Source: Nitrosarchaeum sp. (GTDB lineage: Archaea > Thermoproteota > Nitrososphaeria > Nitrososphaerales > Nitrosopumilaceae). From it: a stretch of DNA of 64,000 bases. Below the pieces are notes generated by a model, which did not search any database, was not told where the DNA came from, and saw only the letters and a program-made list of their open reading frames with translations. Position 1 is the stretch's first letter, and each line of letters opens with the position of its first letter. Of the stretch, positions 27,078 through 37,598 are shown piece after piece. Where the stretch lies: assembly GCA_965223865.1 (NCBI GenBank), contig OZ245020.1, forward strand, positions 448,001 to 512,000, given 5' to 3'. A program made the position numbers and the translations under genes.

Positions 27078-27989
27078 TTAGTTATTTAGAACTCTTGCAC
27101 CCAAATTGTCTAATTCAGATCTTATAATAATTCCTTCAGTATATTTTTTAAATATTTTCAAAACATCACCTTCTTTTCCTTTTGGAACCATTGAAAAAAT
27201 CGTTTCACCGAAAAATGCTACTCCACATTTAATTTGATTAGAAGCGAGATCTTCAATTATTGTTTTCATTCTTGGTGTCATTACATCAACATATTTTGCA
27301 AACTCCAAAGACATATCTTGAAAATGTTCATAATTCTTCGATTCTAATAATCTATCAACCATCTTTTCACCTAAACCATTTATCTGTGAGAGTCTTTCTT
27401 TTAGAAAGTTGTTTGTTGAAATTGGAGAAAAGCAAATCATAATTATAGAAATAGGATCTGTGTCAATTTTTTCAACTTTGCCAATTCCTGGTGCACCTGG
27501 TTTAACTCTAATTTCAAAACCTCCAAAATATGAAGCCAAAACATCTCCCAATCCTGTTTTGCAATTTACTTCTGCATTATGGGCAATCTTTCCAATGATA
27601 TGATCATCTAATCTTGTCTGAAGAGCCTTATCTAATGCAAAGGCAAGTGATAATGCAACTGCACTACTAGAACCTAACCCATACCCAACTGGAACAGACA
27701 CATCATGTGTAATGTTGAAAAACAAATCATCAAATTTTCCAAGTTTTAGAAATTCCTTTAATACAAATTCAGAAACATCGGTTTTATCTGATTGATATCC
27801 ATGAGCAGAAATTTTAAAGTTTGAATCACCATTTGTCTTTGGTGTGATTGCTACCTTTGTGGTAACTCCATCTTTGATTGAAAAACCAGCACCCATCGAA
27901 CCAAGTTGCTCAGAATTCTTTTGATTTTCCTCCAAATGGGCCTTAAAAAAACCCGTAATGTGAGCAGGACAAAATGCTGTTGCTTCCAT
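27078..27989 (-). CDS. pantoate kinase (GHMP family)
   Basis: PAHITGFF, PVGYGLGSS, TGLGDV motifs; CoA cluster context. Confidence 0.9.
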   Translation of the reverse strand: MEATAFCPAHITGFFKAHLEENQKNSEQLGSMGAGFSIKDGVTTKVAITPKTNGDSNFKISAHGYQSDKTDVSEFVLKEFLKLGKFDDLFFNITHDVSVPVGYGLGSSSAVALSLAFALDKALQTRLDDHIIGKIAHNAEVNCKTGLGDVLASYFGGFEIRVKPGAPGIGKVEKIDTDPISIIMICFSPISTNNFLKERLSQINGLGEKMVDRLLESKNYEHFQDMSLEFAKYVDVMTPRMKTIIEDLASNQIKCGVAFFGETIFSMVPKGKEGDVLKIFKKYTEGIIIRSELDNLGARVLNN

Positions 27990-28054
27990 TGATCTGAGTT
28001 TAAATTTTACACAAAATATAAGAATATGGCTTAAATTAATTAAATTAGTATAAA

Positions 28055-29035
28055 TTGACTAAATTTGTTCGACGCCTACAAAAGATTGGAAGTAGTATTC
28101 TAGTTTCTCTTCCAAAAGAATGGGTTGATGCTAATAATTTGGACAAAAGTAGCCAGGTGGAAATTGAGACAGGCCAGGACAGCATTTCAATTTCAGCAAA
28201 TAAGGAAATGCGACCGACAAAAGAGCTAGTCATATCGTATCCCTTACCAAAAGAAGAAAATATTGTAGCTGACATTACTGGAGCTTATCTTTTGGGATAT
28301 GACATTATCCAAATTAATTCAAAATCAATTATTCCTAGTGAAGACAGAGAAAAAATTCGAAATTCAATGAGGCGTTTAGTTGGTATGGAAATCATTGAAG
28401 AAGATGCATCTAAAATAAATATGCAGTTTCTATTAGATGCAACTACCCTAAACCCAGAAAAAATTCTCAAAAGAATGAGCTCAATTGCACTTGGAATGTA
28501 TGAGGATGTATGCAATGGATTAACATCTGATGATAAATCAAACCTACCAACATTATCAAACAGAGATGTAGAAGTAAATCGACAATACTTTCTTCTTGTC
28601 AGATTAATTAGAAGTACTCTTGTTGATAAACGACTTGCCAATGTATTTAATTTAGAAAATATTGATGTTCTTGATTATAGGGTAGCTGCCAATCTTTTAG
28701 AAAATGCAAGTGACACAATAGTAGAGCTTGGAGATTTCATTTACAAATCATCGTTATCGGAGGATCATCTAAAAAAAGTATTTGATTTAGTACAACATTT
28801 TGAGGAGCTTGCAGAAAAATCAATTGATGCATTTACAAAACCTGATAGATTACTGGCAATTGAAGCTATATCCTTGCACAAAAAATATCAAGAAAGACTC
28901 TCTAAACTAAAAACCTCACTAGGAAATAAAAAAAATATTCCAATAGATTTTCTTGATCTTATCTACATGTTTGAGAGAATTGCAAAATCATGGGCAGATG
29001 TTGTGGATCTTGTAAAGCCTATTTACAAGGGATAA
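28055..29035 (+). CDS. AbrB-PhoU phosphate uptake regulator family protein
   Basis: RRLQKIG..VSLPKEW AbrB domain followed by PhoU repeats. Confidence 0.88.
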   Translation: MTKFVRRLQKIGSSILVSLPKEWVDANNLDKSSQVEIETGQDSISISANKEMRPTKELVISYPLPKEENIVADITGAYLLGYDIIQINSKSIIPSEDREKIRNSMRRLVGMEIIEEDASKINMQFLLDATTLNPEKILKRMSSIALGMYEDVCNGLTSDDKSNLPTLSNRDVEVNRQYFLLVRLIRSTLVDKRLANVFNLENIDVLDYRVAANLLENASDTIVELGDFIYKSSLSEDHLKKVFDLVQHFEELAEKSIDAFTKPDRLLAIEAISLHKKYQERLSKLKTSLGNKKNIPIDFLDLIYMFERIAKSWADVVDLVKPIYKG

Positions 29036-29551
29036 CTAGTTTAGTTTCTTTTTTGAAGCAAAAGTCATTACGGCACATATGGTTTTTGCATCTTGAATTT
29101 CTCCTTTCTTTATCATTTTCATCAATTTATCAAGCTCTATTTTTTCTACTGATAATATCTCATCTGCGTCTAGCTTCAAATCAGCAATTTTTTTCAGTCC
29201 TGAGGCTACATAACAGTGGATAATCTCTGAATTGTACCCAATTGATGGGTAAAATGAGATAAGAGGAGTCATTTTTTTGGCCCTATAACCTGTCTCTTCT
29301 TCTAGCTCCCTGAATGCACACTTTGTTGGATCTTCATTTTTCTCCAAAGTCCCTGCAGGTATTTCAAGAACATATCCATGAGGAAACCTATGCTGCTTTA
29401 CAAGAATTACCTTTTTATTCTCATCAAAAGCAAGCATCGCAGCTGCACCGCGATGCTCAATCATTTCTCGTTTTACTTTTCTTCCTTCAATAATACCATC
29501 ATAAACACTTAGGCCTAAAATTTTTCCTTGGTAGATCTTTTTCTTTTTCAT
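29036..29551 (-). CDS. NUDIX hydrolase (ADP-ribose pyrophosphatase-like)
   Basis: PAG..E.....CAFRELEEETG Nudix box; DAKT. Confidence 0.92.
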   Translation of the reverse strand: MKKKKIYQGKILGLSVYDGIIEGRKVKREMIEHRGAAAMLAFDENKKVILVKQHRFPHGYVLEIPAGTLEKNEDPTKCAFRELEEETGYRAKKMTPLISFYPSIGYNSEIIHCYVASGLKKIADLKLDADEILSVEKIELDKLMKMIKKGEIQDAKTICAVMTFASKKKLN

Positions 29552-29575
29552 GTGGGTTATTAATTAAATTATTAT

Positions 29576-30478
29576 TTAATTTGTTTGATAAGTTAAGTGA
29601 AGTGTTGGTGATTGTTTTGCATCTTCAATACTTTTCTCAAGCCACTTTTGAACAAAGGTAATTTTTTTTGGTATAAACAAGTCAGCTGTTTTCACATTTT
29701 CTTGGTTTCTAACCTTTTGAGTAATCTCATCCATTTTGAAAATATCATTGCTATACATAAACAAGACAATCTGATTTTTTGATATGAATGGAATTTGCAT
29801 ATAGGATTCTGAAAATTTTTTATTCATCTTTGATAATGTATCTTTAAGATCTCCTTCAATCCATGTAAGAATAGCATGAGGAATAAATCCCTGAATCTTT
29901 GTTGGGTTATAAATTAATGTGAATTGAATTCCCTCATTTTCTTGTAGCTTTTCTAAACAACGTGTTACAGTTTTTGTTGATAGGTTTGTACTCTTTGCAA
30001 TTGAATCTATTTTTTGTCTTGGATTTTTCATTAATTCTTTTATTATTTCCAAATCTGTCTTTGTAAGATTTGAAGAATATCCTGGATTTTCTGCTTCAAA
30101 AATTGATAGAACCCTAACATCTTTCATTAATTGTTTGGCTAGCTGAATTTTTTGATCCAAATCCTCTTTTACAACAATACTACAAACTGTAACTCCACCA
30201 ACACATGGTACAACAAAAAAAGGCTCTCCTACGAGACTGACTTGTTCTAAAATCTCCTCCATGTTTTGTCCAGTGACTACAAAATACAATACACTATACC
30301 CCAAAACAGGTGGCTCAACTCTTATAGTAAATTTCTCTATAATCTGGGAATCTTCCATCTTTCGAATCCTTGCTCTAACTGCTCCGCCTGAAATTCCCAA
30401 ATCTTTTCCTATTTGTCGATCAGATTCTCTACAATTATTCAGCAGTCTGCTGAGGATTTTTATATCTAAATTGTCCAA
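29576..30478 (-). CDS. double-domain Lrp/AsnC transcriptional regulator
   Basis: two LDxKIL...HTH modules. Confidence 0.85.
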   Translation of the reverse strand: MDNLDIKILSRLLNNCRESDRQIGKDLGISGGAVRARIRKMEDSQIIEKFTIRVEPPVLGYSVLYFVVTGQNMEEILEQVSLVGEPFFVVPCVGGVTVCSIVVKEDLDQKIQLAKQLMKDVRVLSIFEAENPGYSSNLTKTDLEIIKELMKNPRQKIDSIAKSTNLSTKTVTRCLEKLQENEGIQFTLIYNPTKIQGFIPHAILTWIEGDLKDTLSKMNKKFSESYMQIPFISKNQIVLFMYSNDIFKMDEITQKVRNQENVKTADLFIPKKITFVQKWLEKSIEDAKQSPTLHLTYQTN

Positions 30479-30584
30479 TTTATCACCTAATTGTTAATTT
30501 ACAATATGTAAAGAACTAATTCAATATAAAAATGTCTATACTATTAGCACTAGGCATCATAGACATTAAATATTAGACTATTTT

Positions 30585-31781
30585 ATGATATGTGTGGAAT
30601 ATCGATTAACGCTTGCAAAACGAATGCTTTTCAACAAAAAAGGCAGTTTGATTGGGGCGGTTCTTGCAGTTACAATTGGGATTTTAGTAATTCATGTTAA
30701 CTTTGTAATTTTTCAGGGACTCTTTGATGCCATTGTTCGTGATATTAGTGACTATAGAAATGGAGATATCCTAGTTACAGATGAGGCAGATTACATTGAC
30801 AAATCAGATCTGTCTGTGGTAAGCTGGTTTGAAAGAATCCCCTATGTAGATGCCGCGACTCCGCGGCTTTCATCGTCTGCTGAGATGAACATGACTAAAA
30901 ATGGAAAATTAATTGAGGAGACAAGAATTCCAATAGTTGGAGTAGATCCATTCAGGGACATTAGAGCATCTACAGTTCATAAAACAGTCTCAGATGGTTC
31001 TTACGTTTTTTCGAGAAATTCTATAGTATTAGGTTCTAATGTCGCAAGAGATTTGGGTGGTGCTGAAGTTGGTGACAGTGTCAAAGTTTTAGTGGTTGAT
31101 AGATTCGGAGAGGATCAAATTAGGAGATTTACAGTATCAGGAATTGCAAAGTCTCCAGGTGGACAAGGATTTGATTACACTGCCGTAGTTCACATTGATA
31201 CTTTACGTGACATGATGAATAGACAAGGAGAAACCGGATCATTTATGGTAAAACTTAATGATCCTACTAAAGCATTTGAAGTAAAGGAATTCTTTTTGGC
31301 AGCGTTTCCAAATGATGACTTTTTGGCAGAAACAATAGAAGAATCTGCGGAAGAACAACTTGCTGGATTTAGGTCTGGTATTGCAATGATCAACATGATT
31401 GGATACTTTGGAATGATGTCCTCAGCGTTTGCTATTGTTACAATCCAGATGATGTTAGTTAACGGAAAAACAAGAGAGATTGGTGTAATGAGATCAATTG
31501 GCGCAAAGAGAAAAGATATTTTGATAATCTTTATCTTTCAGGGAATGATAATTGGTGCAATTGGTGCAGGTGTTGGAACTGCAGCAGGATTAGGATACAC
31601 ATTTTATGCAAAGGAGACAAAGATGTCCTTTAACAACAGTCTGCCTTTGGAGGTAAGCTATGATTGGCCTAAGATCATCCAAACAGCTATGACCTCATTT
31701 ATTTTGGCTATAATTGCATCTTTGTATCCCTCGTATAGAGCTACAAAACTATTACCAGTGGAGGCGATGAGAGCTGTCTAA
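30585..31781 (+). CDS. ABC transporter permease (MacB/FtsX/LolE family)
   Basis: KTREIGVMRSIGA and PSYRATKLLPVEAMR motifs. Confidence 0.9.
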   Translation: MICVEYRLTLAKRMLFNKKGSLIGAVLAVTIGILVIHVNFVIFQGLFDAIVRDISDYRNGDILVTDEADYIDKSDLSVVSWFERIPYVDAATPRLSSSAEMNMTKNGKLIEETRIPIVGVDPFRDIRASTVHKTVSDGSYVFSRNSIVLGSNVARDLGGAEVGDSVKVLVVDRFGEDQIRRFTVSGIAKSPGGQGFDYTAVVHIDTLRDMMNRQGETGSFMVKLNDPTKAFEVKEFFLAAFPNDDFLAETIEESAEEQLAGFRSGIAMINMIGYFGMMSSAFAIVTIQMMLVNGKTREIGVMRSIGAKRKDILIIFIFQGMIIGAIGAGVGTAAGLGYTFYAKETKMSFNNSLPLEVSYDWPKIIQTAMTSFILAIIASLYPSYRATKLLPVEAMRAV

Positions 31782-32478
31782 GGTACTTGAAATTCAAAAT
31801 CTCAGTAAAATTTACGGTGAAGGAGAAAACAAAGTAAAAGCATTAGATGATGCAACATTTTCTATAGAGCAGGGAGAAGTCGTGCTAATCGTTGGCAGTT
31901 CTGGCTCTGGAAAATCAACACTTCTAAACATGATAGGACTCTTAGACAGGCCAACTCACGGCAAAGTCTTCATTGATGGAGTAGACACTACAAAACTTGA
32001 TGATAACAAGATCTCATCATTTAGAAATAAAAAACTGGGATTCATCTTTCAATTCTCCAATCTCTTATCTGACTTGACCGTACTTGAAAACGTGTTACTC
32101 CCAAGACAGATTGCCGGAACAAATAGTTCTGCTGAAAAAGATGCTAGGGAATTGCTTACTGCTGTAGGACTGGAAAGTCAAATTAACAAGAGGGCCAACA
32201 AAATTTCTGGTGGTCAAGCCCAACGTGCAGCAATTGCCAGAGGGCTGATAAACAGTCCGTCAATTGTTCTAGCTGATGAACCAACAGGAAACTTAGATTC
32301 AGTTACTTCGGAAACTATAGTTCAGCTGATGAAGTCAATGGCCAAAAAACTTAATCATACATTCATCATTGTTACTCATGACAGACAGCATTTTGGAGAG
32401 GTTGACAGAGTAATTACAATTAAAGATGGACGTGCATTTGAAGGCGATCTTCCACCAGAGATGGAGGTTTTGACATGA
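31774..32478 (+). CDS. ABC transporter ATP-binding protein (LolD/MacB-like), apparent CTG start
   Basis: Walker A GSSGSGKST, ISGGQ, LADEPTGNLD; frame open upstream of 31882 as (L)SKVLEIQNLSKIYG back to TGA 31768; GGAGG at 31760. Confidence 0.9.
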   Translation: MSKVLEIQNLSKIYGEGENKVKALDDATFSIEQGEVVLIVGSSGSGKSTLLNMIGLLDRPTHGKVFIDGVDTTKLDDNKISSFRNKKLGFIFQFSNLLSDLTVLENVLLPRQIAGTNSSAEKDARELLTAVGLESQINKRANKISGGQAQRAAIARGLINSPSIVLADEPTGNLDSVTSETIVQLMKSMAKKLNHTFIIVTHDRQHFGEVDRVITIKDGRAFEGDLPPEMEVLT

Positions 32479-33782
32479 TCAGTTCAAAAATCATTATTCT
32501 CTTTGCATCTTTGCTACTCGTTCCTGCAATAGTTGATAGTTCATTTGCCCAAATCACGTCTGGTGGATTTGGTGATTCTCCATTTGAGAGAGATTTTGGA
32601 GATGTAAAATTCCTTGATGCATACTTTGGAACAAACGATGAAAAATTTGAAGTTAGTCCAGGAGACAAAAACATACCATTTACTGTAATAATGGCAAATG
32701 TTGGAACTCAAGATATCACTGGAATAAGAGGCCAATTATCATTACCTCTTGGATTCACAGCCTCTGATGGGCCAGGCTCGATAATCTATGCAGATGCTGA
32801 TTCAAATGCACTTGCCGGTGAGAATTTTCATCTTACATTTTTTGTAGATATTGGTAACGGTGCTCAAATTCAGCAATATCCCGGCACTGTCAAGGTGGAT
32901 TATTCCAGACTACGAGAATCTGGGATCCGAACTGCCTTTGAGGATTTCGATTTTAAAATAACTGGGGAAAGCGTCATAAACATACGTGCCCTCAACCCAT
33001 TTCTTGTATCATTACAACAACAACGTGTAGCAATTGAAATTTCAAATGATGGAACAGCCCCAGTCTCAAGTGTAGATGTCGAACTAAAAAATACGCAAAG
33101 TGAGAGGGCATCAACTACCCAATCTATCACAAATGTAGAAAATGTTGTAATCCTAAACACACACTGGGAAGTAGGTGAAATCAAACCAAAATCAAAAAAA
33201 ATTATAGAAGCTGATGTGTATGTGCCAGAATCTTTGAAGGGTGATACACTTCGTGCACCAATAGATATAACTTACTTTAATGCACATGGTGATCAACATA
33301 CAGTTTCACGAATTGCAGATTTCTTTGTTAAAGGGTTTATTGACATATCAATTTACAATATTGATGTAATTGAGTTATCTGGTAAACAAATGGTAATTGG
33401 TGAAATTATTAATGAAGGAAACAATGATGCATTGTTTGGGTTTGTTACAGTTCAACCAATGGGTGATTCCAACATTAAAACAACAACTCAATTCATTGAT
33501 GAAATTGAGATAGATTCTCCAGTACCATTTAATGTTCCAATCGAGTTTAACGGAGAGCCAGAATATAGAGAGCATGACATTCAAATTTCAGTAAGATACA
33601 AAGATGACATTAGAGAAGAGCACTTTGTAACTTTGGATACAACCATCTTTGTAGAGAACAACTCAAACTCGGAAGAATCTGAAGATAACACACAGTTCAT
33701 TATCATTCCAATTATAGCTGCTATTGTAATTGGAATCTTCCTATATCGTAGACGTAAAAAAGCACAAATTGAGGCAAGTTAG
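32475..33782 (+). CDS. COG1361-like S-layer domain surface protein
   Basis: signal peptide, repeated NxG beta-sandwich domains, C-terminal TM and RRRKK; in ABC operon. Confidence 0.75.
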   Translation: MISSKIIILFASLLLVPAIVDSSFAQITSGGFGDSPFERDFGDVKFLDAYFGTNDEKFEVSPGDKNIPFTVIMANVGTQDITGIRGQLSLPLGFTASDGPGSIIYADADSNALAGENFHLTFFVDIGNGAQIQQYPGTVKVDYSRLRESGIRTAFEDFDFKITGESVINIRALNPFLVSLQQQRVAIEISNDGTAPVSSVDVELKNTQSERASTTQSITNVENVVILNTHWEVGEIKPKSKKIIEADVYVPESLKGDTLRAPIDITYFNAHGDQHTVSRIADFFVKGFIDISIYNIDVIELSGKQMVIGEIINEGNNDALFGFVTVQPMGDSNIKTTTQFIDEIEIDSPVPFNVPIEFNGEPEYREHDIQISVRYKDDIREEHFVTLDTTIFVENNSNSEESEDNTQFIIIPIIAAIVIGIFLYRRRKKAQIEAS

Positions 33783-33822
33783 ACTCAAATTACAAATACC
33801 AAAAAAATACAACTAACTATAG

Positions 33823-34164
33823 TTGAGAATATCAATCGTTGTTTTAATTGTTGTAATAGCTGTTGGCGGATCTGTCATATCCTTTGGGTTTTTGACAAAT
33901 CAAGAACAAGAGATGCATCAAGACCTTACTCCTTTTGAAAAGCTGCAAAACTACAAGAAAGAACTAGAGAAAATCAACCAATACAATCAGAATGTCTTAG
34001 ATGAGCTAGAACAAACTGTTACAAATTCTGATAATATTGAAGACGAGGTTGATTTAGAGCAACTAAAAGAGGAGATCAAAGTTCTAAAGCGAGTAATTAG
34101 TGAAAACCAAGCAGAACTTGAAGAGATCACTCAAAGACTCTCTGAAATGGATTCTGAGCCATAG
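33823..34164 (+). CDS. membrane-anchored coiled-coil hypothetical protein
   Basis: N-terminal TM then Glu-rich heptads. Confidence 0.65.
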   Translation: MRISIVVLIVVIAVGGSVISFGFLTNQEQEMHQDLTPFEKLQNYKKELEKINQYNQNVLDELEQTVTNSDNIEDEVDLEQLKEEIKVLKRVISENQAELEEITQRLSEMDSEP

Positions 34165-34224
34165 GATAAACTCAAATTTTAGAAATTTCTTTAATTCATA
34201 TACTAATTTTCAAAATCATGATTA

Positions 34225-34428
34225 TTGGAGACACATAGAAAACTCACAATTTTGGGCGTAGTCTTACTTGTGGCCACCATTGCAATCTATTACTATCATG
34301 AAGAAGATCATCCTGATGATGGATTCAACTATGCATATGTTACCGGCGTTGCTATGATAGTAGTATTTATGGCTAGTTTGGCAATAATCAACAAGGACAG
34401 ATTCAAAGAATCAAAAACTAAAAAATAA
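34225..34428 (+). CDS. small two-TM membrane protein
   Basis: 67 aa, two hydrophobic helices with His/Asp-rich loop. Confidence 0.65.
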   Translation: METHRKLTILGVVLLVATIAIYYYHEEDHPDDGFNYAYVTGVAMIVVFMASLAIINKDRFKESKTKK

Positions 34429-34540
34429 TTATTATAACAAAAAATTTTCTAATCAGTCTTTAAGCACAGTATTTTTCAATTACTAGCCTCAAATTTTCAA
34501 AAGCCTTTAAGATTATAAACAATTACTGGATCTTGCGATC

Positions 34541-34927
34541 ATGCCATGTGATGAGATTGAAGTTCCAAAGGAATTACGTGAATTCATGCTTGAGGGAGCA
34601 GAAGAAACATACCTTGGAAAAATAAATGGCGCGAAAAAGCAATACCGTTATGGTAATTTACACATCAGAGAATATGATGATAAATTTTTGGTCCATACAG
34701 ATAGAATTGATCCAAGAAAAGATCCATTAGGTCATTTGGTTTATGATGCACCAGAAGTATTGATTGGACTAGCTTGTGCAGTATTTGGTGGTTCTCAAAT
34801 TGCAAAAACTCTTCAAAATAAAAATAAATCAAAAAAATCCTTAGTTGGAGTAGGACTGTTGTCTTCAGTTATTTCAGGCTACCTTGGATATGTTGCAACA
34901 AAAAAAATTAAAAATTATTTGGAGTAG
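34541..34927 (+). CDS. conserved-type hypothetical membrane protein
   Basis: HIREY..HTDRIDPR.DPLGHL motif plus two C-terminal TM; coupled to aarF-like gene. Confidence 0.7.
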   Translation: MPCDEIEVPKELREFMLEGAEETYLGKINGAKKQYRYGNLHIREYDDKFLVHTDRIDPRKDPLGHLVYDAPEVLIGLACAVFGGSQIAKTLQNKNKSKKSLVGVGLLSSVISGYLGYVATKKIKNYLE

Positions 34928-34929
34928 AT

Positions 34930-36486
34930 ATGTCAACTGCTAGAACAATAAAAGTACTGGTAAAACTTTTGCCATCAATTATAGCTTTGCGAAAAGATAG
35001 AAGAAAATGGGTAAAACACGAACGAAGAGAAGAACTTGATCTAGAAATCTTTCGCAAAAATGCAAGAAAAGTTCTAAACACTTTCATTTCATTAGGTCCT
35101 GTATACATAAAACTTGGACAGTGGTTATCCTCTAGAGCTGACATCTTACCACAACCATACCTTGAGGAACTTGGAAAACTACAAGACAGTGTTCCTGCGG
35201 CTCCATTTGATCAAGCAAAGGCAATCATTGAAAAAGAAATTGGTCCAATAAATGAAAAATTTGATAAGATAGATCCAAATCCACTATCTGGTGCATCCTT
35301 AGGTCAAGTATATCGAGGGACTTTGTCTGGTCAAGAAATTGTTGTTAAAGTAAAAAGACCTGGCATCGAAAACGTGGTTGAGGAAGATCTCAAAGTATTA
35401 AAAAAAATTCTTCCGCTGGCACTGCGATTTGTAGATCCAAATCTTCGCTATTCTGCCAAGGCAATGCTTTCTCAGTTTATTGAGACAATTCATGAAGAGA
35501 TGGATTATACAATAGAATCGGACAATCTAAAAAAAATAAAGCATGACATGAAAAAAAACAGCAAAGTTGTAGTCCCTTCAGTATATGATGATTATTCCTC
35601 AAAAAATGTCCTTACAATGGAGTATCTTCCAGGAATCAAGGTAACAAATGTAGATGCCCTCGATAAGAAGGGAATTGACAGGCAGAAACTAGTCATTGAT
35701 GTACACAAGGTCTTTTTTACAATGCTTCTAAGATACTCTATTTTCCATGCCGACCCACATCCAGGCAATATTTCAGTGACTGATGATGGTAAATTGATAC
35801 TATATGACTATGGGATGGTAGGAAAACTAGACAATGAGACTCGGCTTAAACTAATCCGCCTATACCTTGCACTAGTAGAAAAAGATCCTCCAAGAACAGT
35901 AAACGCAATGAATGATCTTGGAATGCTTACTCCTGACTTTAACCGCTCAGTCATTGAAAAAGGAATAGAACTTGCAGTTCGCGCAATGCATGGAAAAAAG
36001 CCTGATGACATGGAAGTAGAAGGATTGATGGAGCTCTCAAACAAAACCATGAGCAGATTCCCATTTGTTTTGCCAAAGAACTTGGCTTTGTACATGAGGA
36101 TGGCTTCAATCATTGAGGGAATCTACAAGACGCATAAGATTAATTTCAAGTTTGTCAAAGTTATAAGAGAAATTCTTGAAGAGGAGAGTCTAATTAAAGA
36201 TGCATACATTGAGGAGCTCAAATATTCCTTTGATAGATTTGCAAAATCAATTGACGCTACAATTTCAATTGCACCTGAGCTCAAAAAATTTCTAGATGAG
36301 AACAGATCACTACAAATGCTAAATGCAAAACCAAAATCAAATGTCCTGCTTTCAGGCAGTATACTTTCAGCTGCAATCTTTATGGGTTCGGCAATTTTGC
36401 ATACAACAAATGAGACAGCTGGAATAACTGGAATGATCGGTTCATTATTGATAATGGGTATATTTGTGATATTTAGAAAACGATGA
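34930..36486 (+). CDS. AarF/UbiB/ABC1 atypical kinase
   Basis: LGPVYIKLGQ, ASLGQVY, VKVKRP, HADPHPGN, DYGM motifs. Confidence 0.93.
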   Translation: MSTARTIKVLVKLLPSIIALRKDRRKWVKHERREELDLEIFRKNARKVLNTFISLGPVYIKLGQWLSSRADILPQPYLEELGKLQDSVPAAPFDQAKAIIEKEIGPINEKFDKIDPNPLSGASLGQVYRGTLSGQEIVVKVKRPGIENVVEEDLKVLKKILPLALRFVDPNLRYSAKAMLSQFIETIHEEMDYTIESDNLKKIKHDMKKNSKVVVPSVYDDYSSKNVLTMEYLPGIKVTNVDALDKKGIDRQKLVIDVHKVFFTMLLRYSIFHADPHPGNISVTDDGKLILYDYGMVGKLDNETRLKLIRLYLALVEKDPPRTVNAMNDLGMLTPDFNRSVIEKGIELAVRAMHGKKPDDMEVEGLMELSNKTMSRFPFVLPKNLALYMRMASIIEGIYKTHKINFKFVKVIREILEEESLIKDAYIEELKYSFDRFAKSIDATISIAPELKKFLDENRSLQMLNAKPKSNVLLSGSILSAAIFMGSAILHTTNETAGITGMIGSLLIMGIFVIFRKR

Positions 36487-36500
36487 AATAGTTTTTGCTA

Positions 36501-36896
36501 TTATTCTATTTTGATATTTGTTCCATGTTTTTGAACAGGGATTGTAACTGTTAAAACACCCTTATCATATTTTGCAGAGCTAACAGATTCTTCTCCTTCT
36601 TTTACCTCAATTGGCAATCGCATCTTTTTATCAATGATGTTTGGTCTTTGATTCCAAACCATGTTGTGTTTTTTTTCTTCAGACATCTCTTCTTTGCAGG
36701 CCTGAATTGAGAGAACGTTTCCATCAAGTGATAGCTTGATGTCTTTTTTTTCAAATCCTGGAATATCAATTAGTAAAGTTAGCTTGTCATCCTCTAGATG
36801 CATATCCACAGGCGGTAAAACAAACTCGTAAAACTCTCTTGACTTAGTCCCTATCTCTTTTATGACCTCTTTTGCCATAGCGTTTACTAATCCCAT
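36501..36896 (-). CDS. small heat shock protein Hsp20
   Basis: DIPG, RLP, AKYDKGVLTVTIP alpha-crystallin motifs. Confidence 0.9.
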   Translation of the reverse strand: MGLVNAMAKEVIKEIGTKSREFYEFVLPPVDMHLEDDKLTLLIDIPGFEKKDIKLSLDGNVLSIQACKEEMSEEKKHNMVWNQRPNIIDKKMRLPIEVKEGEESVSSAKYDKGVLTVTIPVQKHGTNIKIE

Positions 36897-37093
36897 TTTG
36901 TAATATATGCTTGATTTTTGGTTATAAACCTTGATAGGATTCAGACATGAATATTGTTAATGAATTTATTTTCCAAGTTCAAATCTCATTGAGAGCACAA
37001 AGTGTATGGGGATATAGTTAGGGAGTGTAATTCAATACCCACGTGGAATGAAATTTGTTTTTAAAATCTAGGCTATATGAAAAAAATTAAATT

Positions 37094-37195
37094 CTAACAG
37101 TCGCAACTGCAACCTTTACCTTTCTTTGGGTTGCATATCTTACAATCAAGCAGACACTTGTCCTCAGGACAATAACCGCAAAACTGTTTTTTCAC
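37094..37195 (-). CDS. Cys-rich microprotein, metallothionein-like (33 aa, not in ORF track)
   Basis: GTG start; MKKQFCGYCPEDKCLLDCKICNPKKGKGCSCDC*; 8 Cys. Confidence 0.55.
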   Translation of the reverse strand: MKKQFCGYCPEDKCLLDCKICNPKKGKGCSCDC

Positions 37196-37196
37196 A

Positions 37197-37598
37197 ATGT
37201 ATAATTTATCAAGTTACAAAAAAAATCTTGTTTTAATGAATTTTCAAAATACCATATCTTCGGTCATCTTGTTTTTTCTGGCAGGACTCTGTGAAATAGG
37301 TGGAGGATACCTTGTATGGCTCTGGCTGCGCGAGGACTTTGGATTTGTAATAGGCGCATTAGGTGGATTTGTGCTGTTTTTGTATGGTATAGTTCCAACA
37401 TTTCAGAAAACCCATTTTCACAGAATCTATGCCGCATATGGCGGTGTATTCATTGTAATGTCGGTATTTTGGGGCTGGCTTATTGACAGTGTACAACCTG
37501 ACAACTATGACATTATTGGAGCAATCATTACAGTAATTGGTGTTCTGATAATTTTCTATTATCCGAGAAAAGGTGAGAGAATTTGGCAGAAGGAATAA
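37197..37598 (+). CDS. YnfA (UPF0060) family small multidrug-type membrane protein (likely start 37236)
   Basis: CEIGGGYLVW and RIYAAYGGVFI motifs. Confidence 0.88.
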   Translation: MYNLSSYKKNLVLMNFQNTISSVILFFLAGLCEIGGGYLVWLWLREDFGFVIGALGGFVLFLYGIVPTFQKTHFHRIYAAYGGVFIVMSVFWGWLIDSVQPDNYDIIGAIITVIGVLIIFYYPRKGERIWQKE

